DNA from: Octopus vulgaris
Lineage: Eukaryota
DNA: 64,000 nt
NCBI GenBank assembly: GCA_951406725.2
Contig: OX597814.1
Span: 211,234,001 to 211,298,000 of the forward strand
Direction: 5' to 3'
Positions 13,464-28,316 of this stretch are shown here, in pieces; the stretch's first letter is position 1; the number at the start of each line of letters is the position of its first letter. The notes under the pieces were generated by a model. The model searched no databases. It saw only the letters and a program-made list of their open reading frames with translations, and had not been told where the DNA came from. The translations under genes were made by a program, and so were the position numbers.

Positions 13464-13630
13464 GTGTGTGTATATGTGTATATATATACGTGTATATATA
13501 TATGTATATGTGTGTGTATATATATCAATATATATAGATATATTTATATATACATACGCATTTATATGCATATATACATGTGTGTGTGAGTGTGTGTGTG
13601 TGTATGTATGTGTGTGCGTGTGTGTGCGTA
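13370..13630. repeat. Degenerate TA/TG microsatellite
   Basis: Directly visible. Confidence 0.9.
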
Positions 13631-14153
13631 TGGTTTATTGAATCTACATGTTTATCTCGCAGTTCCAATTTCACGCACAGCAACATTGTGCATGTGTGGA
13701 AATATTACTCTAAATAATTACGTGGTGTATGGGTTGTGATGAGGAACAACAAGACAGTACTGGGATTCTGGGTTTGGGGGAAAATATGTGGAGAGATGGA
13801 TGCAATGGGATGATCGGCAAGGATAATAACGTAGGGGAAATTAAAGGAGATATTGGAGATTGACGATTTTAAATGAAGAGTGTAGTGAAATGACGTGACG
13901 AAGGAAATTGAAGAGTTCTGCTTTTCGGAGAATTGAGAGGTAGTACAGATACAGTCGAATTAACGTGCATAAAGCTGTGGGGTGGCACAATTACAATGAG
14001 AATTGTTTAGAACTCAGAATTTGTTGGCATATTTGCGATCGCTTGTCGTGTGCAGGGTCACTTTTGTAACTAGTTTGCCGAGAAAAATATTTCAGTTTTT
14101 CTCCTTACCGATGGATATTACGGCCGCCCACTCCTCTCAAATTTGTCGACCTC

Positions 14154-14350
<197 letters not shown>

Positions 14351-14760
14351 AGACTTCGAGCCTGCAGGATCGTTAGCACACTGGGAAAATTCCTTAGCGA
14401 TATTTCGTCTGTTTTTAAGCTATGAGTTCGTATTCCGCCGGTGTTGACTTTGCTATTCATCCTTTCGGGATCGATGAAATAAGCATCAGCTGAAAACTGC
14501 AGTCGATGCAATCGACTTACTCCTCCCTCACAATTGCTGGCCTTGAACCAAAATGTGAAACCTTTATTATCATTATTATTGTTGTTGTTGTTGTTGTTAT
14601 TGTTGTAATATTATTATTATTAGAACTTAGCGTTCTAAATTCAAATTCCGTCAAGTTCGTCTTTGCCATCCATCACTTTCGGTACCAGATATGTACTAGG
14701 GTCGATGCAATCGATTTACTCCTCCCACCACATTTCAAGCCTTGTGCACATAGTAGACAG
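14351..14760 (+). mobile_element. SINE family C (Nin/Deu-like domain): one copy (14351-14562) plus a partial copy (14627-14760)
   Basis: GACTTTGCTATTCATCCTTTCGGGATCGATGAAATAAG matches 51429-51658. Confidence 0.8.
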
Positions 14761-16076
14761 TATTATTATGGTTGTTATTGTTGCTTTGTTATCATCTTCT
14801 GCAGAGTCAATTTTTCTTTTCATCTTTCTGGGGTCAAATCATGTGTTCTCTCTTTTATTTCTTTTCTTTTCTAACTACTCTCAGCATATATTTCTAGATA
14901 CTTAATGGTAATTCATTCTTAAAGATGATACTATCCTATTGAAAATCATTTGTTCATATGTTAGGAATTATATTTTGCAATGTTAATGATACTTATAGGG
15001 TCTAACCTTTTAAAAACGATACTTTTAAATCTTAAGTAAACTTGTTTAGCTATTTCTTGCACAAGACAATTTTAAATAACATTGTGCAACAAGATTATTG
15101 TCCTTGGGTAGCAACTGTTACTTCCTATTTCCTTAACGCTACTAAGTATGAAAAATAGCTAATACTTCCTTCAAAAGTTTGTCATATTTACTCAAACCTC
15201 AAACATTCCCTCTTAAAACATGGCTATGATGCTCACCTACTAAACCTTCTCATGATCATATATGCACATATTATCAGTCACTAAAAATATCCTCAAATGG
15301 TTAAAGTCAAGAAAATGACAGAAATATTGTGTAGAATATTTGCTATAACGATATTTCTGCTTGAAGATATCAGTGCTGAATATGTTTGTAACGTAACGGA
15401 AAATAGGTAAGTTTAAAAACATTAACGTCAACGTGACAAAATCAAAGTTTGAAGGGAACAGCGATAATTTCTTTTGATTTCGAGTTACTAGCAAATAGGA
15501 AATAACACATAACAAAAGTAGAAAAAAGAAAAAAAAAAGTCTTACATCGTGTAATATGAGGAATAGCAGTTAGAGGTTTTCAGAACAAAATTCTATAATG
15601 GTAGACACCACTTGAAAGAAGATTTGTTAGAGAACATAACGCATAATATATAAACAAAGACGTGGATACAAATCTTTACTAAAATACTCTGCGATATGTA
15701 CAGAAGGAAATATTTCAATTTTTATAAGTAAATTTTCATTAAATGTATCATAAAATTGGAACCGCAATCTATTAAAATAATTGATAATTGCGAAATACAC
15801 GTAATGCTAATGAGTCCTACTATATATAAACACAAAACACACACACACACTATCTATATATATGCATGTATGTATATATGTATATATATATATATGTGTG
15901 TGTGTGTATGTATGTATGTATATATGCATATATATATATATATATATATATATAAGAATGAATGTTTTTATATATAATGAACGTGAAATACAGGAAGGGA
16001 CGAACACGGAACACAGACAAATCATTCGAAGCCTTCAATCTTCAGTCAGACACCGAATCATCATAGCAAATTTCGG

Positions 16077-16112
<36 letters not shown>

Positions 16113-16619
16113 CAGTACAACAAAGAATTAATAAAAAGGCAACTTTCATCAATAAATATCTTCCAGAACTCAATATGAATACATAACGTAATACAGAACA
16201 CTACTAACTTTTCAATTAATAATTAATACCACTAACCCCATACAGCCCATACATCATTCACTTTACAGATCTATATCTACCCAAATTGCACCAAAACCAG
16301 TACTACTTACCTCCCCTACTCATAATCTTTTTACTCGGAGACTAGAAGACCTCACACAGTTAAGTAATCGGTGTGCATTAAAAGCAATGGTTAGTAATTT
16401 TACGAAACAGGTATGCTTCTAAATTTCTTTTACAAGTCACAATAATTAATCTTACTACACTTATTCCTACCTCAGTTCATCTAATTGTATATATCTATCA
16501 TTACTTTTCATAAAAAAGCCTCCACTTTTACTTATTTTCCTTCTTCCATCCCCCTATGTATATATATATATTCTTTAATTCATATTGTAGGAAACAAAAT
16601 ATATTGTAAATTGTTACTG

Positions 16620-16651
<32 letters not shown>

Positions 16652-17299
16652 TGGAAGGAAGAAAATGGAGAAAGATGGATGTATGAATAATTATTTGAAA
16701 AACTAGTAGATTATATGAGAGCATGTATTTCATGAGAGCATGAGATGTAGTATGTTATGTTTGTAATTATTAACTATATAAATACGTAAATTGGCGATTA
16801 TTCCATTGTAACAAGGAATTGCGTTTTACGTAACATGAAGAAAATACAGATTATCTATCTTTATGTACTATGGTCGATGCGTTACTAAAATACATTGGAA
16901 CTATTTAGAATGTACACGAAGTAATGTATATGAATTTGAAGAAAATCAAATGAATATGAATCATATTAAAATTTACTTTACTCTGGAAAAGTAAGAAATG
17001 ATTAACGGATATGCAACATATTTTTAGAAAATAGAATGTTATGTATATATATTACAAAATAAATAAGACTGAAAGATTTATTGGAATAAAAACGATGTAT
17101 ATGTTACTATTGCATACGTTAGAAAGAAGTATATTTAGGCAAGACATTATATAATTACATAATATGTTAGATTATAGATTAAGTTCTGGTTCTAATAAGG
17201 ATCTAATTAATTCGGTTTCAAATTTAGTTAATTATTAATGGTTGATATGTGAACTAACAATAAGTGATATTAATAATTAGAGAATGGTTAATGATATTT

Positions 17300-18362
17300 A
17301 TAATATAGATATTTAGTAGTGTGCAAACATGGGTAAAAATTTTCAACCCTGTCGTTTAATAATTTTTTGCGAGAATATAGAATATCAAGCCTTCTGAAGG
17401 GTGCCTAGCTTTTGCAGAACTTATAAAGTCCTTCTAATTTTAAAACGTATATTTCTTTTAATTTCAAGATGTTTTTACGAAGATTAGTCGAAGAACGTTT
17501 ACAAGAAGTTCTAAATGAATATTCCTGATTAGCCAGACGGATTTTAATATGAGATTGAGTAGAATCAATATAGTAAATGTTTTATGTTCAGTTTCAACTA
17601 TGGTTTGGTATACTAAATTCTTCCGTTTGCAATAATCATTAAATTCACATTATTATTTAAATCTAAAAATCGCAAAAATTACTGAGATTATCACTAGACA
17701 TCGGCTGTAATTTCCACTTGATTGTTATTATTTGGATATAGGAACACTTTTATAAATGTTACGTTGTTTTTGGTTATTATGAATATGATTAGGTTTGAGT
17801 TTAGCAAACAATTTATCTAATTTATCAGAATTTATGGAAGATATATATCTAAATAAATTACGAAAAACGGAATGAGCATTTAAATAAAACATCTGTAGTG
17901 AAAAAAGTTACTCTATTTGTTTCTATTAGGAGAGAAGACTTTATGTATTAACCAAAGTATAACTCTAATGAAGTTCGTTTTTACTTGTTTCATTAAGGGC
18001 AATATGAACCACATAATATTCTTTTTATCATTACCAGAATTTGGATTATGATAGTTTTTCTATAATGGATTTAATAAAGGTATATAATTACTATTAAGCT
18101 AAAACGTTATCTTTTCTCATAATATTTCTTTATTAACAACATATAGCTTTCAAAATGAGTCTATATATATAATTATAGGTATATAATTTTTATTGATATA
18201 CGCAGTGTGTATGTACGAGCATATATGTATACGTTTGTATATATGTGTATGTATATATATATATATACATACATACATTCATATAGGTATTTGTATAAAC
18301 GTTTATGTATATATATAAATATAAATATATACATATATTAAGATATATATATATATTTATAT

Positions 18363-18437
<75 letters not shown>

Positions 18438-19050
18438 TATTGATGAATACCGGTATTTAAGTAGGGTTTATAAGACACATATCATAACGGTAAACTTTCA
18501 AAATTTTATCTATGCTTGCTTCTAAATATAACATATATTTATGTGATCTATAGTCATCTAGAGTTTTTTCTGAAATATCTATTACCAAACGAATAGGAAT
18601 AATTCTTTTTTTTTAAATATAAAACTGTTGACTAATAATTGTTAAGATCTAACTTACTCTTCATTTATTTTATCATATAATATTTTCCGTTGCATATTAA
18701 GTCCTATTTTTTCTTTTTATTTAAATGCTATTCTATATATATTTTGCATACATGTATATTTTCTTTAATTTCTTTATATTATTCATAAAAAAAATATATA
18801 TCTTTCTTATCTCCTTTCTTTAGCTTTATTTTTTAAAGTTAGTTTTATATCTTTTATATTTATATCTCTTTTATTTTATTTGCTATATGGCATCTTCAGT
18901 AATATCTATAACTCACCAACTTGATACATTTCTATTATATAGGATCTAACTTCTTAAACTTATTCCTATTTTGTATATAGCTCATAAACCCCCAATGAGG
19001 TTTTGCTGCATATAGTTTAAAATGAAACCATTCTTAGTACGTAAGCAAAT
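17300..19050 (-). mobile_element. Decayed Penelope-like element (RT plus GIY-YIG), split by a microsatellite at about 18190-18437
   Basis: Minus-strand peptides NIMWFILP (about 18000-18025), NQVEITA, YYIDSTQSHIKIRLANQEYSFRTSCKRSSTNLRKNILKLKE (about 17455-17575) and LLNDRVENFYPCLH (about 17320-17365), matching PLE GIY-YIG and the C-terminal LNxRxE...CxH motif. Confidence 0.7.
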
Positions 19051-19453
19051 GCTCAGAATTATGTCAACTAGGGGCTAGAAGTGAAACATAGATGTATGTA
19101 TTTTCGCATTTCCCATTTCCTGTTGAGCTTTATCACTTATAATTTACTTGTACTGTTATTTTTAAGAAATTTCGAAATCTTTTTAACATACAAATAAATT
19201 ATTCAGTCATCCATTTTCCTTCTTTCAATATTAATAAAATGTATTACTACAATAAACCCTAACATATCGTACATACTTTTCCATTATATGATAGCGATCA
19301 ATCAATGAGATTTCTTTTGATCAGGTACTGTGGATCTAACATCATCGAATTACATATATATATATATGAAATGATAATGCGTTTTCTTTATCGTAATGAG
19401 TGTATTATTTCGAATGCCAAGAGTGAACAAATACTTAGCGCACGCGCGTGTGC

Positions 19454-20300
19454 GTTAAAAGAAATGAGGCAACAAAGCCAAGGCTGTGTGGAGTTTTCAG
19501 GGCATTTAGAAATAGAAAGTTAGTCTTACAGCTGTTTCTGGGATATTAGGTATATCCCTTCATCAGAGACGAGATGGTTAAATACAGGGAAATATTCTAG
19601 TTCAATATAGGAGTTATATAAGGTGTATATAGTGAAATAGGAGAATGAATGTAGAAATAAAAATATAAATGTATAAACATGGTATAGTTGCACCTCCATT
19701 ATCCAAGGAAAGTGGTGTGAAGAAGTGGTGTAAATGGTTCCTTTCAGTAGTATGTAAATTCCAATAGGAGTTCATATTTTGTCATCACAAATGGAAAGTG
19801 TGCAGACGTGGATTCCATTTCTGTTGTTCATTCAAAGGATTCTTGTGGGGTGAATGAAAATTTGAGAATATAGTGATAGTATTAAGTGGATAGAGAGGGG
19901 AGAAGAGATATGTAAGTTAACATGAACAGAGAGGTGAAAGGAAGAGCTGAGAAAATAAGAAGGAAAGAAAGAGGAAGAGAAAATAAACACAAGAAGAGAA
20001 AATGAAAAAGTGTGAGGAAGTGGAAAAAGTGTGTGATTTAATGGTCAAGATATTAAGAGGTGTATGGCAGAGGAGTAATGGAGGGGTAGGAAGAGATAAG
20101 AACGTAAGTGATGAATATGAGGTGTTTGTGGTGGGGTGATATGATAGAATGGCATTAAGGGGTGGGTAGAGAAAAAGGCATAGGATGGTTTTTCTTAAGT
20201 GAGTAGTAAACTAAAAAACGGAAGGATACTAAGAATGGTCAAGTTTCTATAAATAGACTTATGTGCTTAGTCTACAGGCTAATGTTATAGTGTGGGTAGA
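19454..20300 (-). mobile_element. PLE 3' end / pseudo-LTR
   Basis: Frameshifted LNE-TEMESTSAH motif near 19800-19835, a hammerhead, and a partial repeat of the terminus at about 20701-20765. Confidence 0.55.
19523..19570 (-). ncRNA. Minimal type-I hammerhead ribozyme motif
   Basis: Minus strand: GTCT-CTGATGA-aGGGATAT(ACCTA)ATATCCCa-GAAA-CAGCTG-TA-AGAC. The 10.1/11.1 pair is an A.A mismatch. Confidence 0.7.
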
Positions 20301-20583
20301 AGAATCAAAGAGAAAGAAAGAAAAATGTGTATATTGATATACGCATGAACGCATATACATGTATGCGTGTATGCATTATTTTATAGGCCTGAGCACTTGT
20401 GTATTTAAACCCGTACGCATGCGTAAGCGCACACACGCATATAATCATATACATATATACACACATACACACATGCATAAATATACGCACATACCCATGC
20501 ATGCGAACATATGTACACACATGCACTCCCAAGCATACATATACATACACATAAATATGTATGTATATATATATATATATATA

Positions 20584-20631
<48 letters not shown>

Positions 20632-20778
20632 TACACATACATGCATATACGCATTCACATGCGCACATATACACGCAAATATGCACACGTACACGTGTAT
20701 GTTAAATAAAATGAGACAACAATGCCAAGGCTGTGTGTGTGTGTTGTTTTTAGGCAGCGTTTAAGATGTCATACATGC

Positions 20779-20783
<5 letters not shown>

Positions 20784-20842
<59 letters not shown>

Positions 20843-20843
20843 T
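20784..20843. repeat. (TAA)n microsatellite
   Basis: Directly visible. Confidence 0.95.
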
Positions 20844-21302
20844 TACGGAGTATGGCTCCAAACTTACAAGGAAAAATTAGATTTAGGATTAAATCAAATT
20901 TCCCAGTATAAATATAAATTAAATATATATTTATTTATTTATATCGGATGTGTCTTTTCACGTCGAACAATAGAGAGCATTCGCTTAATTTTATTCCACA
21001 CTAAATATGTTGATCTATATTAGAAGTCAAGTAGCTAAATGTCGATGGGAGAGAAATTCAGTTCGCTAAACTGACCGCAATGTAACATTGCTATTTATTT
21101 TATCAAACCGTTGTTGTTGTGTAAAACTTCATGTAATGACAAAAGTGAGGCGTTATAACTAATATAATGTAGATATTATTAAGTACGACTGAATAAATAG
21201 CATTTCCCTTCTCCTCTTGGCATTACACTGTACCATACTTCTTTTGAAATGCCTTTCTATAAATTATGAATTCGTATTTAACTGCATGTATTTCTGTGTA
21301 TA

Positions 21303-21384
21303 TGTACCACTCTCCTGTATATATTTCTTTTAATCAGCATTTGTACCACTCTCCTGTATATATTTCTTTTAATCAGCATTTGTA
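21303..21384. repeat. Perfect 39-bp tandem duplication
   Basis: TGTACCACTCTCCTGTATATATTTCTTTTAATCAGCATT x2. Confidence 0.9.
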
Positions 21385-24300
21385 TATATCTCAGAATTCG
21401 CCTCGTAACGTTCGTCTTCCGAATTGAAATTTATATGTTCTAGACTTACGTTCTTAACTCACTTCAAAATTTAACGGCTTCGGATCCCTATCAATTTTTA
21501 TTCCCCTAACTGCATTCTGTATTATCGAATGGTATTTGATTTAAGATTGCAGAGTAAATACATATGAAAATTGTGGTCGGAAATGAACAGAGATTGTTGT
21601 GTATTTCAACAGCTTATTTAAAATTCAATGCATACTTCGCCATACAACTATTTCAGAAGCACATGCCATGTTCTCTAATGCATTATCAATGAAGTAGCTG
21701 TTATTTACTTCCTTTTTTCTTAATATCAGGAAAACAACATCTTTCCTAAAGCTATTTACTGTTTTTTTAGAACCTTTTATTAAGTGCAGAAACAACATCG
21801 TACACTTAATAAAAAGGAAGAAGCTTCTTAGTTCGGTATTATATTATGCACCAGAAAAAAGTCCTATTATTATTAGATTGTTGAATTAAATGAAAATTCC
21901 ATAGTATTTCGATGATGGAGATTCTTTTATTTTCTTCATATTTTTTCGTTTGCATTTAATGTTAAAATTTTGTGCAAGCTCTTGTATCTGGTATATACAA
22001 TAAACCAACATGAAATATAATAATGCGTAATTACTTTTATAGACTCACATTATCAGAGAATACTACATGCAGAATATACTACACTTAATAATTTCAACAA
22101 CTCAAATACACAACTATTTTAAAAGAATGTAATAAAGTGAATTCCGTTACAAAAAAGAAGTAAATTATTAAAATTACAGCAATAATTATCGTCAAATAAT
22201 TGGCACAGTAAGTGTAGACGAATAGTGACTAGTATCAACCTATGTCTCGCTGACTTACATCTATTATCAATGACATTTCATTGTGCATTTTTCGATACAA
22301 TCCCAGCTTTACTCTTTCACAGCATAATAGGTCCGACAAATATTATATCGGCTCATAATCCTCTAGAAATAAAACCTTATACAATGAAGTCATATCTAAA
22401 AGTTGATCAGTATCAAGTTAGATCATCATTGTATGAGCACACTCTGGCTCACTTGTTCCATATATATTTCGGATAAGTGATCTAACCTATATATTGGCAA
22501 TTTATTTTAAGTTTCAACGCTAAGAATGAGTATAGGTTCTCACTGTCTAAAGTGATCGTATGCTCAATGTTCCGTAGAATCAACCCGAAACCATGTGGTT
22601 TGGAAGCAATCTTCTTAACACACCACAATTCCTATAATAAAAATTCTCCCTCATAATTTTGCAAACGTGCCTTCCAATTCACTAATGTTAAAAAAAAAAT
22701 ATCTGACTGTTATATTTTACGGAATTTCACACAAGAATTGGCGCTATGCTTCTAAACATCACTCACTACAAGCCAAAACTGGTAACCAATCATGTACTTC
22801 AATGTACTTGTATAGAGGACTGAAAATGCGGAAGATTTGATATATAAAGCAACTGCAGTACTGGTGTTTAGCCATGACTGAGTTACTGATAGAAAATATC
22901 TTTAAAAACAAGGAACGATATTATTATAATGATAGAGAAATTGATTAACTGGTACGATATAAAAATGATGTAAAAATAAATCTCGCGTCTGAATTTTTTT
23001 CCATTTATGCCGTTGCAGCTATCGCCCTCCGTAACCAGTAGGAATAGCTCCAAGTAATGTTCCATCAACATATCTCTCTCACTAGAGTCTACAAACACAA
23101 TATTCCCTGGACCGATCTGAAATTTTGTAGGTAATCCTCCTCACACAAACACTCATACACAAACACACACGCACTCACTCTCACACAGACACACGTAAAC
23201 AGGAACATACAAGGATATAATCATGGAACGTGTAAGAAAAATGAACACATATCTATATTTGTGTAAGTACTAAGACGTCTACATGAAAGTGAAGGATATA
23301 AGCTTCCATTACATAACAATGATGTCCTTGAATTTTTCTGAATAGACGCCAAATTGATGTTTAAAAAAAGATTTAACATTAGTTGTATGCATGTAAACGT
23401 TTTGTTTACAATTTCAGTTATAACATATCTTTTGTTAATAAATGGGAATTGTGTTGGTATTTCTCTCTTCTCATAAAATATACCGAAATACATAATAATT
23501 TTACATGTTATACAACTTGTTGAAGTGCATTGCGATGTAATATTTTTTGGTTTTACTAAATTCTTAAGTGTTATAAAGATTATCAAAAGCAAATGTTTTC
23601 TTCGACTGAAGAATATGCTAGTTTTCCAACGTTCTTTTATTGTGTCCTCAAAACTATTCTATTCGTGTATTCAGATTTGTATACACTACGCCATTTAAAG
23701 CAAATGACCTAGCTGTTTCCTAATGCAAACCATTTTACTAACATACAAATTATCTCTTTCATTCTTTCTTAAATTCTGTCTTCCTTTCTCTCTACCTTTT
23801 TCTTCTCCCCTCTCTCAGTTTTCATCCGCACAGACATACACACGTATGTGGAATATGTTGCATCTGTGTATGTGTGCGTGTAAAAACAGATATATTTATA
23901 TATGCTTGTGCACATAGAAATATAAATACGTGCATGCTTTCTGTATGCGTGTAGGTTTATATAGATATGCACACGCACGCATAAATGTATGTGTGTCTGA
24001 ACTCCGTACTATGCTAAGAGTGGTGCGAGTGAAATACAACAGACTACTCCATATCGTTGTTAGATCATCCATATAAGTGGAGTCAAGACCGGCTAGTTTC
24101 TACAGCCATTGAGTTGCATAAGGTATATTATTGAAGTCAAAGCAAGCAGTACTATTTTGAAATCATTTATTATAAAGGTTTTAGTTATACGCAATGAAAG
24201 CATTTCCTATCATATATTACGCAAACCTGACAGGTATGTATTAAATGTTTAAAATATTACTATTTGGTTTGACCTCTTTATTACAACCTAAATGTATGTG

Positions 24301-24389
24301 CACGCACATACACACATTTACAAACTAACATGCACACACACATACATACATACAGATATACATTCATATATGTAGCTATACTGATATGT

Positions 24390-24454
<65 letters not shown>

Positions 24455-24458
<4 letters not shown>

Positions 24459-24930
24459 CGTATATTTGCCTTTTAAATATGGCTAACCCCTAAGGGTGGA
24501 TGCTACTGAAGTTTGTGGCCCCAGGAGGACACCTCCTCCAGCTGGCTATAGACACACTTTCAGTGCCCTATCAGTATTTGCAAAGGGAAGCCATCCTTCC
24601 TGTCTTCAACTTATGATACACACGGACTCGAGTTTCTGGGTATTGACCCGCCATCGGCGTGTGACAATCACAGTTGTCGAAGAAAAGTAGGTTCCCTTAG
24701 CAAATACATATCCTTTTTCCAGTATCGTAAAGACACTGATGTCGAAAAAGTGAAAAACAAACAATAATAAATATTAGAGCGAGTTATAAACAGTAGCTGC
24801 AACACATCGTGACGTATATTTGCCATTTAAATATGGCTAACCCTTAATGGTTGATGTTACTGTAGCTTGTAGCCCCAGGAGGACACCTCCTCCAGCTACT
24901 AATTATAACTCGCTCTAAGATTTATTATTG
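24455..24930. mobile_element. (TA)n-embedded insertion with partial tandem and inverted ends, PLE pseudo-LTR-like
   Basis: 24455-24543 is repeated at 24809-24897, and 24762-24799 is inverted at 24893-24930. Flanked by (TA)n on both sides. Confidence 0.6.
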
Positions 24931-24994
<64 letters not shown>

Positions 24995-25030
24995 TATACT
25001 GATATGTATATATATATATATATATATTCA

Positions 25031-25452
25031 AGGGGCATTCTAAATGTTATGAAATTTATCATGAGAGGCATGTATTAATTCCAAACCTCTAATCTCCTTC
25101 AAAATACTCATGTGTTTTTTTTTTGTCCCGCTCTAGCTACTTCATGAAAGCCTCATAGAAATCCCCCAAATTGAATATGTCCGGGATCTTTGTCTGAGTT
25201 ACCACCATTTTGGTTACCCTTCACCAAATGTTACAGTAGGCAATTTATGGTCTGTGTTAAGATTGGGTAACGGTTTTGATGTTCATCTGTGTCAAGTACT
25301 TTTTTACCAGGATGGTAAACATTGTCCTTGTGTAGTTGGTCTGGCTTTTATGTAATGAAATCTTTTCCTGAACTCTCTCAAAACTTTCGTAATCTAGGCT
25401 CGTTATAACTGGCTCATTTTAAAAGAACTCTCAAAATTTTAGGAATGCACCT
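25031..25452 (-). mobile_element. Internally deleted mariner remnant
   Basis: TIR-like ends AGGGGCATTC.AAA / TTTAGGAATGCACCT in TA context. Minus strand near 25095-25110 reads EYFEGD, a mariner C-terminus. Confidence 0.55.
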
Positions 25453-25453
25453 A

Positions 25454-25524
<71 letters not shown>

Positions 25525-25961
25525 GTGCATTCCCGAAATTTTGAGAGTTCTTTTAAAATGAGCCACTTATAACGGGCCTAGATTTCTGTATATAATTCCA
25601 AGAGACTTAGGGGTTCTGAATCCAATCAACCAAGGGATAATATCTATCCAATATACTCCTCGTAGAATAACCAATTATTAATACACAAGAGTTTTTTATT
25701 GCGTTGCGATTACACTACTGAATGTAATAAATGGGTGAGAGTAAACAGTTGTTTTACCCTTAATTTATACGGCAATAAGAAAATGGAGGGGATGAAGAGG
25801 TGGTATTCATCAACTTTTAGAATTATTATATTTCTTTTTTTTCTTTAAAAAACAAACAGTTATAGCAATATACATATCTGTATATCAGATTACGCTTTAC
25901 ATATATAAATATACCATTAATTATAAAAATATATAACGTAGAACATAGAAAGTTGAATAGT

Positions 25962-26024
25962 TTCTTACAGCTGTTTCAGCCAGGAGTTCATAGTACCCTA
26001 CTTTACTTCCATCTCTTCAGTGAA
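25962..26024 (-). ncRNA. Degenerate hammerhead motif in a probable PLE terminal repeat (about 25590-26030)
   Basis: Minus strand: CTGAAGA...GAAA-CAGCTG-TA. Stems I and II are imperfect. Confidence 0.45.
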
Positions 26025-26049
26025 CTGAAGTATTTGGTACATAAAATTA

Positions 26050-26968
26050 AGGCGATACGTGTGTGGTTTCCAAGATTTTGATGAGGAAATCTTTATTCCA
26101 TTCAAGAGATATCTTGATAAATGTTAATAGTTATCCGACACAAACCCGTAATGCGACCAATATAATTGCAGATAATCCCCAGCTAACTAGATCAAAATTT
26201 GAAAACCAGTTACAGTAACTTGATTAGGACACCTGCCTCGAATTATGGGTCCCACATTAACTGATTTACGCTAACATTAACAAATGAATCCCCATATCCG
26301 CTTAGTATTAGAAACGTAAAGAAAATTGTAATTTTTGATGGGAATGGTGACAGGAAAGATAAAAGGATGACAATGAGAACCGTAAACTTTCACTCGCTGA
26401 AATACCACAGACAACCTCAAAAGTAGTTCTTCAGGCAAAGAAAATTATGCCGTCAGTTTAATGAGATTGGAATGGCTGTTGTGTTTTGCGAGCTTCTTAC
26501 TGCAAACCCGACCATCATGTCACATGTATACTGCCACCAGCTGAAGAAATTAAACGAAGTGGTCAAGATGAAGCATCCAGTGCCTGCTAATCGTAAGGGC
26601 ATCGTCTTTCATCTAGAGAGTGTCAGACCACACGATTCTTTTAGACACGGCTTGAAAGTTTTACGTCAGCCTCCATATTAGCCGAAACATGAATCACCAG
26701 ATTTCAGATTTCCACATGTTTCGATCTCTTCAGTATTCAATGAATTGGCAGACTTTCAACTCTTATGAGGAATTAAAACTTAAACTGGAAGGATTTTTCT
26801 CCGGTAAAGACAAGAAATTCAGTCAGGGAATAATAGCTCTGCTCACGAAACGGCACAAGAAAAAGACAAATAATCTATTATATGAATGATAGAATAAATC
26901 ACACAATATATATATCTTGTGATTTTTTTAGCTTGAAACACGGAACAGACGTTTTGGTCAACCCAATA
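26050..26968 (+). mobile_element. Mariner transposase pseudogene with 3' TIR
   Basis: KKIM..V..DW, RKGIVFHLESVRPH (HDNARPH-like), LRQPPY* / SDFHMFRSLQ (YSPDLAPSD-like). TIR CGGAACAGACGTTTTGGTCAACCCAA|TA. Confidence 0.85.
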
Positions 26969-27396
26969 TAAATACCATAGCGTGTGTGCAGTAATATATG
27001 AATATACGCGTGTGAGTATTGGAGACTGTGCGTATGCGTGAGCATATGAGCATATGTGCGAGTTTTTATTCAATAGCTATCTTTATTGGCTGAGATTGCA
27101 TATATCATTCAATAGCATGACATTTTTTTTTATAGAAGAAAGGAAAATATTAGGATAACATCTTTCTAATAGCAACCACCTCTTCTTTCATTCAAACTCA
27201 AAACGAAGAAATCTTTAGTGGCATAGCAATAGAAAAATATACATTTGGATATTTTTCTAGATTTCTAGCAAGAAAACAAATGAGGAACACATTTGTATGT
27301 AAATATATCTTCATTCGTTGCTACTTACAGGTATACAAGCGTACACTTGTACGTATGTACATACACACACATACACACACACACGCACGCATACGG

Positions 27397-27427
<31 letters not shown>

Positions 27428-28137
27428 GACACACTCAAACAAACGTGTGTATATAGCTAAGTGTGTACATACGTAAATACATATGTGTATAATGATTTTA
27501 TGGTAAATATTTTGTCTTCGATGCAAATAATAATAATTATGTCGCGTAGCAATATCAAACGCATTTCAGCTGCTGTTAAACTTCCATTGCTTATATAGTA
27601 GTGTTCTTCCCCAACTTACTACCAGAGAATTCCTGCTGAAATTTGCTATTTTCATTATGTTTATCTATGAATTTCTGTGACCGAGTTTTGTTGAAGATTG
27701 CAGTGATAGTGGCGATATGCTTAACACAGTGATAATAGCAAACTTTGCATTGTTTCAAAATCAATTTTCTATATTCTAACGTATCTATTTGAACTTCTGT
27801 TTACATCAAAATATCGAGCTTGGTGATGTAGCATTTTATAACAAACGTCTCATCTGTTATTTGTCGAATTTGGATTATTTGTTCCTGAATTGAATTGATA
27901 TGAAAATAAACATTGAGGAAACGAAACATAACTTTCGGTTAAGATAGCATGTCTCTAGTATATTTTCAGTTAACTTCTGTTTGCAATAACGCTGAAGATA
28001 CACACAAAATATACCATCTACATACACATTTTCACCCTTACTTATTTACATCCATTGAAACTTAAATATAGACATTCATATATATGTTTGTGGACATGTA
28101 TGTATCTATTTCTAGGGCTACGTATGTGTGACTATGC

Positions 28138-28170
<33 letters not shown>

Positions 28171-28209
28171 TATACTCATATATATGCATATATATTCATA
28201 TCCATATAC

Positions 28210-28240
<31 letters not shown>

Positions 28241-28243
28241 CAT

Positions 28244-28316
<73 letters not shown>

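Noticed and set aside
22883-23120. Minus-strand ORF with complex sequence
   Set aside because: No recognisable domain or convincing splice sites
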